Positions 60,517-64,000 of a stretch of 64,000 nt of DNA are shown piece by piece. A model generated the notes under the pieces. The model saw only the letters and a program-made list of their open reading frames with translations. It was not told the origin of the DNA and did no database searches. Source of the DNA: Callorhinchus milii (taxonomy: Eukaryota); NCBI RefSeq assembly GCF_018977255.1, contig NW_024704743.1, positions 42,534,001-42,598,000 on the forward strand, read 5' to 3'. The stretch's first letter is position 1, and each line of letters opens with the position of its first letter. A program made the position numbers and the translations under genes.

Positions 60517-61979
60517 TAATGCAAAAGAATTACTAGACAGACAAATGTTTGCATTGTTCATGTTATTCTTTGCGTTGTAATAAGATTAAAGGGTATTCTC
60601 GATGATGATTTTATTATGTTTGAAAATATAAGCCTTGCAATTTAATATAGCACTTCAACAAGTCAGTGTCTTTCAAGCACTTCAGTTTTTCTGTGACTAG
60701 GTATTTTGTAAGCTAACTCAGCAGTCCTTTTGCGTACAACGGTAACCCACAAACAGCCATGAAGTGAATGACCATCATTTTATCTCAAGGATTCTCGGCT
60801 CTAGATTCTAGGCCGGGTCACTGGGAGAAACACCCTTCTCTTGTAAATAGTGCCATAAGGACTTGAACATCCATCTGAACAGGCTGACAGGACATCGATT
60901 TAACATTCATTTAGATCCTGTGTGTTTGAAGGTCCAATGTGTAGTTTGGCTACTCTACAAAGATGTGATCAAGTAGACTGGAATACCTTTTTCCATCTGT
61001 ACCTTTCTTGCGATCAAAGAGAGGTATGAAAGGAGATACAGGTGAGTAGTGTAAGGTTCGCCAGAAAGAAACTTTACCCAATACAGGAGTTGTGAATTGC
61101 AGATCTTTTAATATCACATATAATTCAAAAGTTAATGCTTTAACACATACAATTATTATATCGCTAAATTACATTAAAGCAGTAAGATTCAACCAAACCG
61201 ATATTACCCGATTCCATTGGGGACATCGCTGTCCACCAGCTGTTCACAGCTGTTCCTCCTGCGATAATTCCAACCACTTTACCTGTCGGTTTGTACCTCA
61301 ATTTAACCCATGTGACCCTTACAACCCAAAGATGGAGTTCAAAGGATGTTTTGTCCAATCATCTCCACAGTTTGATGTCCAATCATATTCCCGAATTGAT
61401 CCATCCAATCATCTTTCCTTACTCAGGGTAATCCCATAGGTTATCAAGGTTTAATCTTCTCCGCCTCTGATACCATGTGTGAAAAGTTCACTTTGACAGT
61501 TAATTGTCTGGCACCTTTAGGTTGTAAATTTGTCTTCAAATCTGTTGGAGCAAACTGGCTGGCACCAAAAGGTACATTAGTCAAGACAATGTCTTTCTAA
61601 GTGAAATAATACATGTGAATGCTGACCTATGGGATCTTTCGTAGCTGATTGTAGAATGCTTTTATCAACACAACCGCCATGCTGTTTACTTGATGACACC
61701 ATCCATCAGACATGTCACAGAACCCAAAAACACAGACCTCAAAATGAACTCTCGCTCACATTCCTTAAGATCAAGCAAAATGTCTCTATATCAATTCTTT
61801 TATATAAAGTGTGGTATTAAACAACAACAAGATTACATTTCTATAGCGCCTTTCACGTCGGGAGGACGTCCCAAGGCACTGGACAGAGTACAACATTTCA
61901 GACAATGCTTGCTAAACAATGATCTTAGCAAGGATCTTACAGGAGAAACTGTCTGCTGATGTAACACAGCCAGCAATGA

Positions 61980-62300
<321 letters not shown>

Positions 62301-63119
62301 TGATAATGATTTTGTACAGCCTCAGTGAATAAATATTAATAATTATTGTATTTCATAAAGTGCCTTAGCATATTGAAATCCCTCAAAGCCCTTCATTGTG
62401 CTTCTCGGTAAAGTGTACTGCCAGTATATTTGTAGGCAAACACAGTAACCAATGTTGCTCACAGGAATATCCCACATACATAAGGCTAGAAAGTGAATGA
62501 CTGTTTTTTAATCTGGAGAATTGTTGCCAGGACACACATGAAAAACATCCCCTTTTTGAATAGTGCCAATGGATCTTTAATGTACCCATAAACAGGAGGA
62601 TCTGACATCAGTTTTATCTGAATAATAGCACTTGTGACCGGTGGTAGCTTGGCTCAATTGGTAGCCCTCTCACCTCTGAGGTCGGAAGTTGTGGGCTCAA
62701 GGCTCACATCAGGCCTTCAAACTCAGAGTCTAGATTGACATCCATCACTACTGGGTGTGTGCTAGACTACTGGAGGCACTATCGTTCAGAAGAGACATTA
62801 AATCAAGACCCATGTCTTCCTATTCAAGTGGTTATTAAAAGAATGCATTACAGTAAACCCCAGCTATCCGGACCAGCTCCGGAAAAAAGTTCCGGGATGC
62901 CACGATTCAAAGATCCACCCTGTGTTATCCCCCTCCCGCCAGCCCACATGATTCCCACAGCTTGACACTGATTGGTTTAGCCGAGGGCATCAACAGGGCT
63001 GCATTGTGTCAGTGGTGATTTCTGTTTTTTTGCCTAATTTATTTAAAATTCATTTTATTTATTGTGTGAGGATTTATTTTTATTTAATTTATTTTAAATG
63101 TTAGGGATTAGGATTAGTC

Positions 63120-63375
63120 AAATTGCACACAGCAGTGTCCCACAAACAGTCGTGGATTGAGTGACAAAAATGTTTTTGTGTGGGGGAGAGAAGGGATTAT
63201 TAACCCCAGAAAAGCGATCCGCCAATCGACTAACTACTGGGTTCCTACTTACTGCTAGGTAAACAGAGGCACGTAGAGTAAGTAGACTTGCTTAAGTTTT
63301 CCCTCTGCCCGGGAATCGAACCCGGGTCCCTTCCCTTGCAAGGCAAGTGCTCTAACCACTAAGATGCAGGACTCC
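63120..63375 (-). mobile_element. SINE, longer subfamily (3' truncated)
   Basis: Head, extra segment and start of the Deu-like core. Confidence 0.82.
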
Positions 63376-64000
63376 ACAGTTTACCCCAATGTTTCTCCCT
63401 GTGTCCTAGCCAATAAGCCACCGCTATATTTTAAATAATGCAACCATAATTTGTTTTATTAGTTAGAATTTTCTGTGTTTTATTTTTTTTCAGCTAAATA
63501 GTAACAAATAACTATGTCTCCAGTGAGAAGCATACTCTTCTCATGGAATAATAGTTCAGAGTTATAATGTGCATGCTCGTAGATCATACCCACTGAGTTC
63601 TCATGAGGTCCGATACCTGTGTTTTGTTGATTTGACCACCAGAGCTGTGAGTGCTCAATTCCATAATAATCAGTGGTAAGAGTGGAATGATGTACACCAT
63701 CTATCAAATTGATATGCCACAAAATATCACAGGCTCATGCTCACAATTACACACATGGTTAGCTACAAGCCTGATTTGTGGAGTAGTGTAGAGGCATGGC
63801 AGTCCTACGTAGGAACAGAAGGAAAACGAGAGTAAAGAGGTGAGTAAATCAACTTGGAATCCTTTCGACATCTTTCCACAGTTTGTAGAGGAATCTGAGG
63901 GTGTTTACTGGCCATATTAATGTGTTTAAAATTTTAAATGGAATTGGAAAAGTAAATCCAGATCAATAATTTAGGATGCAACAAGACAGTACAACAAGAG

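Overview
Eukaryotic (vertebrate) genomic DNA. The repeat content (Deu-type tRNA SINEs, L2/CR1 LINE fragments, Penelope-like elements) suggests a cartilaginous fish, which is an inference. Most of the window is the DROSHA (RNASEN) gene on the minus strand: I traced 24 coding exons from the ATG at 54536 down to 1370. All have GT-AG boundaries and consistent phases (3578 nt, about 1192 aa, P-rich/RS region through RNase IIIa into RNase IIIb); the gene runs off the left edge. A C5orf22 (UPF0489) orthologue starts head-to-head at 58141 on the plus strand (3 exons seen), with a compact CpG-rich bidirectional promoter and a 1.2-kb G/T-rich array next to it. The introns hold a decayed 3.3-kb Penelope-like element (RT + GIY-YIG), many SINE/LINE fragments and several hairpin MITEs. 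Most notable: (1) Penelope-type minimal hammerhead ribozyme motifs, one with an intact core lying sense in the DROSHA pre-mRNA (27611-27646); (2) a YQQS tandem, FET/prion-like insertion in the DROSHA N-terminus; (3) a ~750-bp inverted repeat pair flanking seven DROSHA exons plus several hairpins that could be Microprocessor/ADAR/back-splicing substrates; (4) strongly GC/CpG-shifted SINE remnants at the promoter. All coordinates were read by eye and no database searches were run.
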